A stretch of 64,000 nt of DNA from Felis catus (taxonomy: Eukaryota): contig NC_058370.1 in NCBI RefSeq assembly GCF_018350175.1, positions 2,666,001-2,730,000 on the forward strand. The letters run 5' to 3'. The notes under the pieces were generated by a model. That model did not search any database. It was not told the origin of the DNA and worked only from the letters and a program-made list of their open reading frames with translations. Position 1 is the stretch's first letter, and every line of letters begins with the position of its first letter. Both the position numbers and the translations under genes were made by a program. Shown here piece by piece: positions 12,131-24,525 of this stretch.

Positions 12131-14934
12131 CGGCACGAGGAAGCCTCCAGATACGCACCACACTGGCCAACCGCCCAGCCTGTGGTCCGCCCCACATGAC
12201 TCCCTCCGGGGCTTGATTCCAAACAGGAACTCGGGGGTTATTTACCGGTGATCGTTCAGGAACTGCAGGTGAGGAAAGAATTCTTCAGTATGTAAATAGA
12301 CCAGACGTGTGCCTGTCAGAGGGGTTCAGGCCAGAGCCACTCGAGGGGACTCACTGATGAACAAACCGCCTGGATCAGCCAGATGCCTGGGGAGCTGGCT
12401 AACAGTGTTGCTTCTGGTATCACCCCAGACTCACTTGGGCAACGCGCCCCGTCTGCGGACAGGACCCAGTGACTGCCGTTTTGCCTGGGTCCCGGGACGC
12501 TGAGCCCACTGCCTCGTCTCCGTCATTGCCTGGAGGTAGGGGCCCCGCTTCCCTCCAGGAAAGAAGTTACATCCCAGGTACGCCAACGTTGGAGGACAGA
12601 AGGTACGAGAAGCCCAGAAGATGAGTAAAATCTCTGGAGATAAAATGTGAAAAGCCAACATTTTTATGAAATGGCACTTAGCGGCAGCGTGAAAGATAAA
12701 ATGCAAATTGTACGGGGGATGGGGTGGGGGCCGGGCTCCTTCTAGAAGGTACAGGCAGTTCCAGGTTGGCCTCCTTAGACCCTTCTCCCCTGAGAGAAGC
12801 CTCCAGCGGATAAATAACCCCTCCAAGGTAACGGATCAAAAGCACTTGAGTGCAGATAAAAGCACGAAATACACCTGCCATTCTTTGTTACGGGATTTTG
12901 CAGGGAGACTAAGAGCCCAAGGTTAAATTATTTGAAAAGAGCCAAAGGAGAGAAAAAGAAATAGATGATGGAAGCCCAGCGGTAAATAAAACTGTGGCCT
13001 CTGAGAACAGGCACTGTCGTGTGATGCGGTTTCTTTCTGATTTTTACAACAACGCCTAGAACGGCGTTCAGGGTCACCGCGGGCTGTTTGACTTCTCCAT
13101 CAGCCGAGACGTGACATTGCCCAGAGCCTCCCACATTGCCCACGTGAGAGCATGTGCCACCAGAGAGCGGTGGGCACCCAGGGCTGCCCGGGAACGCCCG
13201 CAGGCGAGGGGATGTGGTGGCCGCTGCACTAGTGCCCGGAGAGAGGTGCCATTGGAAATCGAATCTTGTTCCTTATTGGGAGATGATCAACTTCACCTTG
13301 ATGCCACTGTCTGCCCCCCTCCCCCGCCCCAGCCACGTGGCTCACCATCCACCAAGATGGCCAGTGAGATGAGCGTCTCCAAGCTCTGCGTTTGAGCCTC
13401 TCCTCCGTGGGTTTGCCGGCTGGTTCTGTCGATTCAGGGACTCATGCCAAGGGGAGCTTCACGTCAGCTTAGGGCCACTGGCTCTTGCGATTCTGGCCTG
13501 CCTCAACAACAGAGGGAATTCTCACGCGCCCAGACTTTTCCTCTCTGCTTGGGAGAGCTCCCGATTTTGTTGCCTCACATCCTTTATTTCCCACTGGCTG
13601 GGCAGGTGCACGTGGGATCCAGAAAAGCTGTCCCCATGAAGACAGATGGCCCAGGCTGTCCACTGTCCTCCAAGTGAACTGTTTTACTTGTCATGAATCT
13701 TTTCTCCAAGTCCTTTTGCTGCCCATTTCTGTCTGTAAATAAGGGTGGAAATGGAACTTGTTTGAGAATTAAATGGGATCAGTCAAGTTAAGGTTCAAGG
13801 ATAAGGTACAGGTCCAGCAAGTCTGATAGTGGAGGAGATTTTCTGTGTGTGCACCTGTGTCTGTGTTTCCAACCATCTGGATGTAGATTCCTCGTTCATA
13901 ATCTGTCCTGGATAGATCATAGAAGGAGGCAATCAGTTGCTCTCAAACACATCCTATTTTAATTTTAATTTCATTTAAAAAATCAGTTCACTGAAATAAA
14001 GCCTGAAATAAAGATTATGTGAATGAGCAAAGCAAGTCTTAAATTATGAAATGTTTTATATTTTCTATGGGAACCATAGTAAGACAACTTTGAAGTTAGA
14101 TGAGGGCGGTGCCCCTTAGTCCTTCCGACCCTTTCTGCCTCCCCTTCCCTTCCGTCCCCTCCCTTGGTCACTTGGTCTTCATAGAGCATGGGGAAAGACA
14201 CCCTGGCCTCCGGGTGACCATCTGTCTCTGGGCTCCGGCACCAGAGTGAGTGAGAAAGGGCATCGGTGGGTTTCCCTGTTCCCTGGGCCTGGATGTGACG
14301 CCAAGGACTCTGTCCTGCATTTTGTGCTAATTCTATGTTTTGTTTTCTACCATGTCTACCTCTCCAGAGCCTCCAAATAGATATGGGAAAGTGGACAAAG
14401 ACAGCACCCACTTGAGGCCCATCCATCAGAGAGGTCGCCAGTCAATGAGCACATCAACAAAACTGGCTTTGTGAGTGTTTACAACACATGAGTAACGAAA
14501 AACCACTTGTCTCCCCCCTGAAAGGAAGCAGCCCAGACACCCCACGGAGCAGTCCGTTCTCAACCCTCTACCGACATGCCGTCCTCTTTATATTAAACTT
14601 TGATTCTCCGGAACGCACTACTCATCGAAGACAAGCACATGTCAGAAGTGAACCAGTGGCTTCATCTGAAGGGAGGCATCATGGATGTGCTGGCAGGTGG
14701 ATCCACTGGGATGTTCATCCCAACACCGCTTATAATGGAGACAAAGGGAACAACGTGAATAAGGTAATGGAAGGATGCTCTGACCCCATGATTCCAAAAT
14801 AGTGTGTGCAATGTTTCATTTTATTTTTTTTTTCAATATTCATCCTTCTATCTGAGAGAGGGGAGGGAAGCATGCAAGGTACCAACCATGAAAATCTTCT
14901 GGGTGATGGCTCATCACCCATTTTCACTTGACCC

Positions 14935-16560
14935 CATTTTGAAATCATTGTAGATTCAGGTGTAGTACGAGATCCCATGGGCCCTTTCGCCTAAATTCCC
15001 CAATGGGAACATCTTGCAAAATGAGGTCACACCAGGATGTTGACGTTAAGCAATCCTTATTCAGATTTCACTACTTTTGCACGTGCTGTGTGAGCACGTG
15101 CGTGCTCACTTTTCTGCAGTTTTATCACGCATGAATCCCTTTGACCACAGTCAAGAAACAGAACCATCCATCACAGGGATCCCTGGTGCTGTTTTTTATA
15201 GCCACACCTCCCTCCCTCTCACCCTCTTCCATAATCTCTAGCAACCACTAATCTGTTCTCCACCCCATACTCTTGTGATTTCAAGAAAGCTTTATAGACA
15301 GAATCGACATTAGCTAACCTTTGGGGACTGACATTTTTTCCTTAGCGTAATTCCCTTGAGCCCCATCCAAGTTGGTGACTGCATCAAGATTCCATGCCTT
15401 TTGATTGTTGAGTCACGTTCCACGGTGTGGATCTCTGTGCTTACGGTTTGCTCAACCATGTGCTCATGAAGGACCTTGAGGTGGTTTCAGTTTGGGGACA
15501 TCGCATCCAAAATTCCTTTGGCAATTGATGTGTGGATTTTGGTGTGAGCTCAAATTTCCATTTCTCTGGGATAAATGCCTAAGAGTGCCATTGTTGGGTC
15601 ACATGTTAGAGCACACGGTTAGTTCTAGAAAACAAACAGACGGCAAAAACCCCACAAGCTTTTCCAGAGAGGCTGTACCATTTCACGTTTCCACCAGCAA
15701 TAGGTAGGAGAGCCAGCTTCTCCACATCCTAACCGCCCTTGGCTTATCATCATTATTAGTTTTAAATCAGCCCTTCCGATAGGAACCTACTCCTTTCTCC
15801 CTGTGGCTGTGTTCAGCATCTCCTTGATGGCCAGCCGTGCTGAACATGGTTCTGAGTGCCCTTCCCCATCTGAATGTCCTCTTCAGAGACAGCTTCTTCG
15901 TGTCTTTGCTCACCTTCTAGCTGGTTTGTGTGTGAGGGTGTGTTCTACTGTTGAATTTTGAGTTACTCGTACATTCTAGGCGGCAGTCCTCTCCCAGCTG
16001 TGCGGCTGGCATGTGGGGTTTTCCAGCCTGCAACCTGTCACTCTGTCCTCTTCCCGGGGACTTTCTTAGAGCAAATTTTAATGTGAGGAGGTCCAATTTA
16101 CAGTCTATCCCGTTGTGGAATGTGCTTTTGGTGTCAAATCTAACCTCAGGTCCGACTTTCTCTCGTGCTGTTGCTTTCTTGTAGCTCATGTTGTACCCTG
16201 ATGTTCCACACCGACGTCCACGACCCATTTGAGCTGAGTTGTGCACACGGTGGGGCTTCGGTCACGCTTGCGTGTCTGCCTGTGGCACCCACTTGTCCAG
16301 TTGCTGAAGCACCATTTGCTGGAAAGGTCATCCTCCCGCCATCAAATTATGTCTGTACGTTTTCCCAAAATCCGTTTGGGCATATTTATGTGGCTCTACT
16401 CTGGGCTTCCCTTTTCTGTTCTCTTGATCTGCGTGCGTCTGTTCCCCGGCTGAATCCACAAGTCCTGGTCACCACAGCTCCGTTGTGGGTCTTAGTGAGT
16501 AGGGTGATTCCTCCCACTTTGTGCTTCTCTTATGAGATTGTTTTTAGCTCTTTTAGGTTT
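14935..16560 (-). mobile_element. Ancient L1 (L1MC/MD-like) 3' end plus ORF2 tail
   Basis: cccaatgggaacatcttgcaaaa...gcaaccactaatctgttctcc...tccatttctctgggataaatgcctaagagtg...ccagttgctgaagcaccatttgctg. The strand is T-rich. Confidence 0.85.
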
Positions 16561-17239
16561 TGCATTTCATGTTTCTTAAGTGGTGAAAAGCTTTTGCTAG
16601 CATGAACCAGGTGTTACGGAAAAAAAAAATCAAAGAAAGTATTCTATATCCAAAAAAACCTCTTCAGTGTATAATGGTATTAGCTGGAACATGAAGGGTT
16701 GCTAGAAAGTCTGACAACAAATTAATCCTGAGAAGTAAGTGAGCCCCAAGCTGGTGTTTCCTCTAGGATTACACCTGCCGCTGAGGCCCAGAGCCCTGAT
16801 GGAGAGTCCCCGGCAAAGGGGACAGGTGCCAATCTTGACCCCCCACCCCCAGAGTGGACATGTCAGCTGGGGGACTCAGCCTAACATCAGACTCTGGAGG
16901 GCAACCAGAGGAGACGAGGCGAGGACTTGTTCATCCAGGGAGACACCTGTCCCGGCCTCAGCTCTGAGCAGAGGGGGTGCAAGGAAAGGGTCACCAAGAA
17001 TCCTGGCCACACTCCATCCGCGGGTGCTCTCGGGGCTCAGCCGTGGCGCAAGGGGTCACTGCGCTGCTTTCTTATTGTCTTTTCAATCTGCGTTGTGCTT
17101 CTTGCTCCGTCTCTTGGTTAGCTAATTAATGTGAATGTTGTTAATGATCTCACTGTGGCCCCTTGTTCTTCATCAATCTTGCTGTCGTTCCTACAGCAAA
17201 TTTCTTCTTATCTTTTCGAAATTCTAAAGATCAGAAAAA

Positions 17240-17820
17240 TGCCCGGGAAAAGGATCTATTACTAAAAAATAACTCAAAAAGGAACGCAAAACGAGACTAT
17301 AGAGAAATCCTATTTCACATCCTGTTCCCCAATTGTCGCTGGCCGTGACAGGTCATTTTGGCCAGGCTATGTGACAGCCTGTGTCCTCACATACAGCTGG
17401 CGGGCATGTGAACAGAAACGACCCCTTTGGAAACAAGTCAGTGCTACCTGGTCAGGTAGGAGCACCCACGCGTGACCCTGTACTTCCACTCCCACGTGAG
17501 CACCTGGTGAAACACTCGTTCACGCGTGGCGGGAGAGGTACGACCTCCCTTGATAACCGTGCGGTGCGGAGAGCAGAAATCTGGGCACAACCCAGACGTT
17601 CAGCAGCGTCCGAATGGACATTTAAATCGTGGGGGTCACGGTGCAAACGAGTGAATACACCGGTCCCTGAGCCACAGCTGACCGTCAGAAAGACACCGTT
17701 GAGGGCAACAAGTTACCCAGGAGATGATGATGTTTTCTCAATAGATTGTTCAATGATGCGCAAGACGAAATCAACATGGACAGATGCACATAGTTGTAGT
17801 AAAGCCAAAAAGTGGACCGT
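17240..17820 (+). mobile_element. Highly decayed L1ME-like fragment
   Basis: ctcacatacagctggcgggcatgtgaacaga..ctttggaaac...gtgaccctgtacttccactcc...cacaacccagacgttcagcagc..gaatggac follows the L1 ORF2 C-terminus and 3'UTR. Confidence 0.6.
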
Positions 17821-17823
17821 GTC

Positions 17824-17930
17824 TTATATTTTATTTTTTTTTATATTATATTATTTTTATTTTTTCTTATTGTTACTATTATTTATGTATTATTATTTAC
17901 TGTTATTTGTTATTGTTATTATTTATTACA
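17824..17930. repeat. AT-rich low-complexity (TAT)n-like tract
   Basis: Direct reading. Confidence 0.9.
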
Positions 17931-18067
17931 TTCTTGCACGTTAAGAGGAAGTGGAGCCTTGCCTGTGTTTGGCGGAGACACTAGGAGGAGGTGAGGCAGC
18001 TACGGTTCCCATGGACTCTCTCCACTTGCACGGGGTTCCCTGTGCCTTGACTCCGGGAGAACCGCAG

Positions 18068-18160
18068 CCGGGACACGCTGTCCCTGAAGAAGTCTTTGTT
18101 GTCCACTTGAAATTCAGATTTAACTGGGTGCCTCGTATTTTCGTTTGCTCATCCGGCAGG
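18068..18160. mobile_element. MER53-like hAT fragment
   Basis: gggacacgct...ttgttgtccacttgaaattcagatttaactgggtgcctcgtatttt matches the MER53 end. Confidence 0.65.
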
Positions 18161-19349
18161 CTCAGTGCCAAGGCGGGTTCATGGTGCCCCAACAAGCAGC
18201 TGGCAGGGTGGGGGGCACTCTTACTGCTTTCTCCAAAAGATAGACCCTCTCCCCCCCACCCGCTGCCCCAGCCTGACACCCCCCGCCCCCGCCTGACATC
18301 GCGCAGAGGGCAGGAGACCACCCTCAAGACGAAATACCCGGCTATGAACAGGTTACCCCCTCCATGAAAGTCGGGCTGACGTGGGACAATCTGGGCTGGT
18401 TTTGGAGCTGTTGGGTGGCCGCTACTCAGTCTGTTCCGACCGAGTTATATCTTGCAACAAATCTTTTAGGGGCAGCGTCTGTTACCGAACTGTGGGCATG
18501 GGGGTGGCAGACGGGTCTGTGGGGATCTGCCGGGAGGCTGTCAGGACTGTAAAATGTTTAAAAGGCAGGTGCAATTCAAGGTTATCTCTCTGATAAGGAA
18601 CATAGCTCATGGAAGACACAAATCACGAAGCCCTCGTAAAAATGACTCGGCCGGTGGGGGCGGGGGGGAGGGGCACTTTTGCCTTCTTGCTCAGCTGACC
18701 CTGGGGAAGCATGGAGTGCCCGGCTTCCAGAGGGCACCCCTGGCTGGCAAAGCCAGGCCGCACAGAGCTGGGAAGTGATCGCTGGGGCTGCAGGAAGCTC
18801 TCGGCTTGGTGCCGAGTGGGGAGAAACCCAGGACAGGTGCCGGGGTCGCCCCTCCAAAGGTGTGCGTGATAGAGAAGGCTCCTCGGCTTTCTGGGGATCA
18901 GCTTCCAAGGCTGTGCCAGCTGGGGGGGCAGACGCCCGCACGCGTCCCACGGAAAGGTAAGCATGTTCCGCAGCAATGTTTGCAAGACCGTCCTCCTCGC
19001 TGCCTGCCCGCCATTCTTACCTGATTTTGCACAGAAGGTCGTTAACACCCGGTGCTAGGGTGACCGGGACTGGCACTGGCAGTGTTTTGCAAGGCTGGCC
19101 GGGCGGCTTGTGAGGGTGCGTGTTCTTCCCAGAGAACAGAGCTGGTGCGCAAGTGTGCTTCGGATACAGGCAAGTTGGACTCACCACGTGATTCGAGAGC
19201 TGGTTTATCGTATTTCCAGAACGTACATAGACTCATTAGTCAGTTATCACCTTAAAAGACAAAAGACGAGATTGAGAAAAAAAAAATGGCACAGTAAAGT
19301 GGGAATATGTTTCTAAAAGATAAACGTGTTTGTCCTCAGCAGGGACCAG

Positions 19350-19530
19350 CATTGCCTTGTGGGTCTCACCCGGGGGTGGCACTCAGTCACTGGAGGGTGT
19401 TTGCAAATATCTTCGCGGTGGCTGGGGGTGCTTTCTTTGACAGCAGGGAGGCTCGGCATTCCAGCCTGCAACCGAGAGAGAAACACCCTACCACAAAGCC
19501 CATAGGGCCCCGGCCGCAGAGCCCGGGAGG
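19350..19530 (+). mobile_element. Possible MER20-family remnant
   Basis: gtgggtctcacccgggggtgg...ggagggtgtttgcaaatatc..ctgggggtgct is a diverged match. Confidence 0.4.
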
Positions 19531-20144
19531 GCAGGGCAGAAATATGCACACACACTCTGTGGCTTTGCTGCCACCAGCCCCAGCAAGCTGTCTAACAAAA
19601 GCTGTAGCCCTGACCACAGGCAGCCAGTCGGTTAAAGTATGTCTGTGATTCTGATGTGTATTTTCCATTGGTTGATCCCACGTTTCACAATTGAGAGGCA
19701 GACGCTCTGGAGAGGGCGGGAAATCTCATGTAAACACTTATAAGCTAGAAACTCAGGTGTAGAGGGGAAGGGCGTTTGCTAATTAGACTTTCCTGCAGGG
19801 CTGACTGGGGACAAGGTGCCGTCCAAGCCGTGACTTTGGGGGACACTTCCCTGGTTCTTAGCCCAGCAGGTTTGAACGACTTCTCCCCCAGCGCATCGGT
19901 CGGCCACCTGTGCGGTCGATCATAGATGCTCTCGAGGGCTAATCAGAGAAGAAGCGAAAAGCCGTGAACCAGTCAAGGAGGTCCATAACCACAAGGGAGG
20001 AGTGGAGCAGAGATTCCAAAGCAGAGCACTGATCTCTCCTAATCAAAGGGATTTTGGAAGGAGAAGGAAAACTCAAAATCTAGTGGGGGATGCTAGTATC
20101 TCCCTGGTAGTAATATACAAGAATAATGACAATCATAGCAAAAA

Positions 20145-20360
20145 CTGCCATTTATGGAGCACCTGTTATGTGTGCAACGTGATAGTGTTTTTTTTTTAAA
20201 TGAAGGCAGCATCAGTTTTTCATTACACCAATCCACCCAACTCAGAATACATATCCTCATTTTAAGATAAAGAAACTGAGGCTCGGAGAGGTCCGTACAC
20301 TTACCCAAGGTCACACACTGCAAAGTGTGGAAGCAGGGATTCTAACCCAGAACCTCGGGA
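20145..20360 (-). mobile_element. MIR
   Basis: catttatggagcacctgttatgtg...cattttaagataaagaaactgaggctcggagagg..cttacccaaggtcacac...gggattctaacccag. Confidence 0.85.
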
Positions 20361-21049
20361 AGGCATAGCTCTTGTCTCATCCGCACTCTTCACTGCCACC
20401 GTCCTGATGTGTTTGTGCTTCATGAGAGAGCTCAGGCGCAGAGGCCCCAGGCTGCCAGGGTCAGAGTGTCTGGGGCCCCCTTTATAGGAATCGCAGGGTC
20501 TACAGCCTGGTTTATCATTTTCGTGCTGTCAGCCATCAATGCATCAAAAACAGAAAAGTGATCAGAGACAGCACAGCACTCCATCACCCTCCAAAGCCAC
20601 ATCTGGTTTGACTACAGGGCTGGGGGGAACCTGGTGTGAGCTCTCCTTCCAGCAGATGGACGGGGAAGTCTCATTTCCTGTAATGTCTACCCATGAAGAC
20701 GAGCGTCTGTCTCCACGGCAGCAGGCATAAACACACTTATCTTCATGGTAGAAGGGGCTTCACTGTGGCTGGCGTTTAGACATAGTAGAAGTGGGACGTA
20801 CCGTTTACGCTCCTCGGCAGGGGGTCACGGCATGGAGAAAAGTCGTAGATGTCTCCTCTCAAGTGGAAAAAAAAAAACAGAGCATTTGGAATGTTTGCAA
20901 TATTTCTTTTTCATTTTTGTGCTCTAGAAACACAGGCTATCAAAGCTCCTAGTCGATAGATAACAAACACTAAACCCTCTGAGGGTGTTAACTGACAACT
21001 AGATAATTTGAATAGCATTTCATATCAGACCAAGATAACCTTAAGGTCG

Positions 21050-21160
21050 TTTATCCAGCACACAAACTTTGAGTGTTTACTGTGGCTAGGCTTTGATCTA
21101 GGCTCTAGAGATATAATGATGAGCCAAAATTGGCATGGTTCCTGTGCTTCTGAGCCTTTC
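21050..21160 (-). mobile_element. L2 3' end fragment
   Basis: ttgagtgtttactgtggctaggc...ctaggctctagagatataatgatgagc...catggttcctg. Confidence 0.6.
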
Positions 21161-21199
21161 AGCTTTGTGATCAATTATTAATCAGATAGCCACACAGAT

Positions 21200-21460
21200 G
21201 AACGTTGGACACTTTCCCTCTGTGATTGGGAATGAGGGTATGGTGTGCTGCCCTTACCACTTCTATTAACACTGGTCTGGAAGTCCTAGCCCGTGTTATA
21301 AGGCAAGAAAAAGAAATGCAAGGCACACAGAATGGAAACAAAGAAGCAAAGCTGTTGCTATTTGCAGTGGACATGATTGTGTACATACAAAACAGTATAA
21401 CGTGTGCAAAAATAGCCATTAGAACTAATATGTGGTTTAACGAAGCTCAAGATACAAGGC
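21200..21460 (+). mobile_element. L1 ORF2 RT catalytic-region fragment (inactive)
   Basis: ORF 21226-21549 contains [31 protein letters not shown], versus L1 LEVLARAIRQEKEIKG..LSLFADDMIVY. Confidence 0.9.
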
Positions 21461-21509
21461 CAACATGGGGACTTGTTCTTGCTGTGAGATGTGGCCGCTA
21501 TCAATGTCT

Positions 21510-21930
21510 TTCCTTCCGCATTGGTCCCGCTGAGAGGAAAGTCTATTGATCCCCATCCTTGAATCTAGGTTGGCCTTAGTGGTTAACTTGGCCAATAAAG
21601 TGTGGAAGTGACATCCTAGAGCTGGGTCATAAGAAGAGCCCTTTCTCTGGGGGTGCGGGGGGTGTCCAACCACCATAGAAAGGCCAGACACCCTGAGACC
21701 GCTGTGCTATGAGAAGACTATACCACATGCGAAAGCACCAGAAGGTGACACAGAGAAAGAGACAGAAGGGATGTCAAAGAGCCCCCAAATGCCATGCGAG
21801 TGAGGAGGACCAAACTGGGCCCAGGTGGATCAGAGCTGAGTCACCCAGGTAAGCCCTTCTTGAATTTGTGGTATACAAAACCAGGAGTAGACTGTAGCGG
21901 TTGTGTTAAGCCACTAAATTTGGAGCCCTA
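21510..21930 (+). mobile_element. MaLR solo LTR (MLT1G/H-like)
   Basis: ccttgaatctaggttggcctt...ggccaataaagtgtggaagtgac...accctgagaccgctgtgct...tgttaagccactaaatttgg. Confidence 0.7.
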
Positions 21931-21964
21931 CCTGTGGCTAGTGGCTGCCCTGTTGGATAGCACA

Positions 21965-23040
21965 GCTCTAGAGAACACAGAGGAAAAAATCTCCAGGATG
22001 CCGTCAGGCAAAGATTCTTTAAGCAGGACACAAGCAGCATTGGCCATAAAAGAAAAACTTGATTGTTAAAAAATTTCATCGAAGTGAGAAAAAAAAATGC
22101 CCACCGAAAGAGACCCTTAAGATGATAAATAGGTCACAAACAGAGAAAAAAACATTTGTAACATATACACTTGACAAAGGACGATTATCCGGGCTATACA
22201 TAGAACTTTTATAGATCGACAACCACAAGGAGAACAGCTCAACACCAAAAGGGCATAACAGCGTCCAAGCAACTTCATGACAAAAGCTGCATAGATGGCC
22301 AATAAGCACAGAAGGAGGGGTGTTCAGTGTCATCAGCCATCGGGAAAATGCAAATTAAAACCACAGTGAGATGTCATTTCACATTCATTGGAAGGGTTAA
22401 AGTTAAACACCAAGCCAAGCCAAACCCTGATCTGGTGAATACGAATCAGACGGGAAGTCTGCTGGTAGGAAAGCAAAATAACACAACCCTTTGGAGAATG
22501 GTTTGGCAGTTTCTTGTAAAGTTAAACACGCGTCAGCCCTGTGACCCAGCCATTTCACTTGTAGACATTTGCCCACAAGGAATGAAATCATATGTCCAGA
22601 AAATGACTTGGACAGCAATTCCCAGAACTGTGCTGTTCCTGGTGGCCAGGGGCGAGGAACAAGGAACACCCCCGTTGGAGGATGGGTGCGGGGGTCCTGC
22701 TGCGCTCCTCTCGTGGGCCACCCCTCACGCACTCGCGAGGAGAAGCTGCTAGGACCTGCGGCAGCACGGGGACGGGTCCATGAATCAGAATGCGTGCTGC
22801 GTGGTTCCGTGGAATTCGAGCGAGAGTAGGTAAAACTGATCCGTGGTGATAGAAATCAAGAAGGTAACTGCTGTTGGGCAGGGGTGGGGCCTGTCTTTCA
22901 GAAAGAGGGAACTTTCTGGTGGATAAAGTCATTCCAAAGCTTGTTTGGGGGCGTGGTGGCTTTATGGGTTCGTGCAATGATCAAAAGTTAGTGAAGGAAA
23001 CACACTTTAATGTGTCCAATGTATACCTTGATTAAAAAGA
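21965..23040 (+). mobile_element. Ancient L1 (L1ME-like) ORF2 C-terminus and 3'UTR
   Basis: ORF 22327-22752 reads MQIKTTVRCHF...LWRMVWQFLVKLN..PCDPAISL, the L1 C-terminal Cys-rich region. The 3'UTR includes gtgatagaaatcaaga. Confidence 0.85.
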
Positions 23041-23049
23041 GAGTCACAT

Positions 23050-23257
23050 GGGGAGGCTGGGTGGCTCAGTCGGTTGAGTGTCCGACTTTGGCTCAGGTCC
23101 TAATCTCATGGTTCGTGAGTTCGAGTCCGCGTTGGGCTCTGTGCTGACAGCTCAGAGCCTGGAGCCTGCTTTGGATTCTGTGTCTCCCTCTCTCTCTGCC
23201 CCTCCCCTGCTCACGCTCTGTCTGTTTGTCTCTCTCTCAATTTTTTTTTTTTTTAAA
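23050..23257 (+). mobile_element. CAN-SINE
   Basis: ggggaggctgggtggctcagtcggttgagtgtccgact...ctgtgctgacagctcagagcctggagcctg, then (CT)n. Confidence 0.95.
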
Positions 23258-23289
23258 CAGTCATGTAAACGAATGGACCTGGCAGCACT

Positions 23290-23965
23290 GGGAAGGGAAG
23301 GAATGTGTTTCTGGAAGTCTACAGTGGGGAATCGGCCAGTGTTCCCTGAGCAGCAACCTGGTGCTGAGATGTCAGAAGGTCTGGGCAGCAGCTCAGACAG
23401 GTGCCCGGGGGAGGGGTTGCTGGGGGGGGGGGGTTGCTGCCCGGGGAGGGGTAACACGTCTAAAGTCCTGCACAGGGGAGCTTGGTATGTTTGGTGGTGA
23501 GAATAGATGGCACAGGGCTGCCTTTGACCGTCCAGGGTTTTGGTGAAGATTCTGTTCCTAAGAGTACGGGAAGGCAATGCTTCTGGCACAGAGGGGCTGT
23601 GGCCAGCTTTATATTTTTAAAAGATCATCCTGGCTGCTGACAGCAGACCAGGCTTGGGAGACTCGTCCAGGGAGGAGGAGGTTCCTGCAGCCGGCAGGGT
23701 GGGAGGTGATGGATGCTTCTGGATGGAGAGAGGCAGAAGTGGACCCGTGTAAGGGATGCACACAGGCAAAGGTATGAAAGATTTCTCCGGGATTTGTAAT
23801 GGGGATTGAATGAGGGAGACAGAGGGATGACCTTGGCTTTCTGGCTTGTGGGAAGGAAGATGTCGCCTTTCTGAAGGAGGGAGCAAGCACAGAGGACCAG
23901 GTTTGGAAGAAATATACAAGGACTAAATCCTTTTTAGAATGTGTGGCCATCTGACTTGTCAATCC
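23290..23965 (-). mobile_element. L2 fragment
   Basis: ttttaaaagatcatcctggctgctg...gggaggtgatgg...agggatgaccttggctttctggcttg are L2 hallmark segments. Confidence 0.75.
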
Positions 23966-24074
23966 GAGGGAAAAAAATGCATTTCCCCCAAAGTATTAGA
24001 ATTATTATTAGTTTTATCTTGTCAAAGAGTTGATATTTTGCCAACAAAATGTGCACTGCTTCATACATACATTT

Positions 24075-24525
24075 TTAAATGTGTTCAGGTGCAGAGTAAG
24101 AAATAACACCAAGATGAGGTGCCTGGATGGCTCAGTCGGTTGAGCGTCCGACTTCGGCTCAGGTCATGATCTCATGGCTCGTGGGGGTTTGAGCCCCGCG
24201 TCGGGCTCTGACAGCTTGGAGCCTGGAGCCTGCTTGGGATTCTGTGTCTCCCTCTCTCTCTGCCTGCCCTCCTCCCCTGCTCATGCTCTCTCTCTCTCTC
24301 AAAAATAAATAAACATTAAGAAAAAAATTAAAAAAAATAACACCAAAAGATCCCCTATGTCCTCACTCGGTTTCCCCCATGGTACCATTTTGGGCAATCA
24401 TAGGACAAGATCGCAAGCAAGATGTCAATGTGGATGTGATCCACCCATCTTTCCACATTCCCCCTGAGCTTACTCGCTCATTTGTGTGTGTATGTGTGTG
24501 TGTGTATTTGATCTATACAATTTTC
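24075..24525 (-). mobile_element. L1MC-like 3' end split by a SINE
   Basis: gtaagaaataacacc[SINE]aagatcccctatgt..cggtttcccccatggtaccattttg..., the same motif as at 14960-15020. Confidence 0.65.
24116..24334 (+). mobile_element. CAN-SINE
   Basis: Full body. TSD aaataacaccaa at 24101-24112 and 24335-24346. Confidence 0.95.

Noticed and set aside
17784-17994. Hydrophobic, membrane-like small ORFs
   Set aside because: They are translations of the (TAT)n low-complexity tract.
18950-18965. Strong splice-donor-like sites (aag/gtaagc here; cag/gtaagc near 28705)
   Set aside because: They could not be paired with acceptors and a coherent reading frame, and such sites are expected by chance. lncRNA exons cannot be excluded without RNA data.
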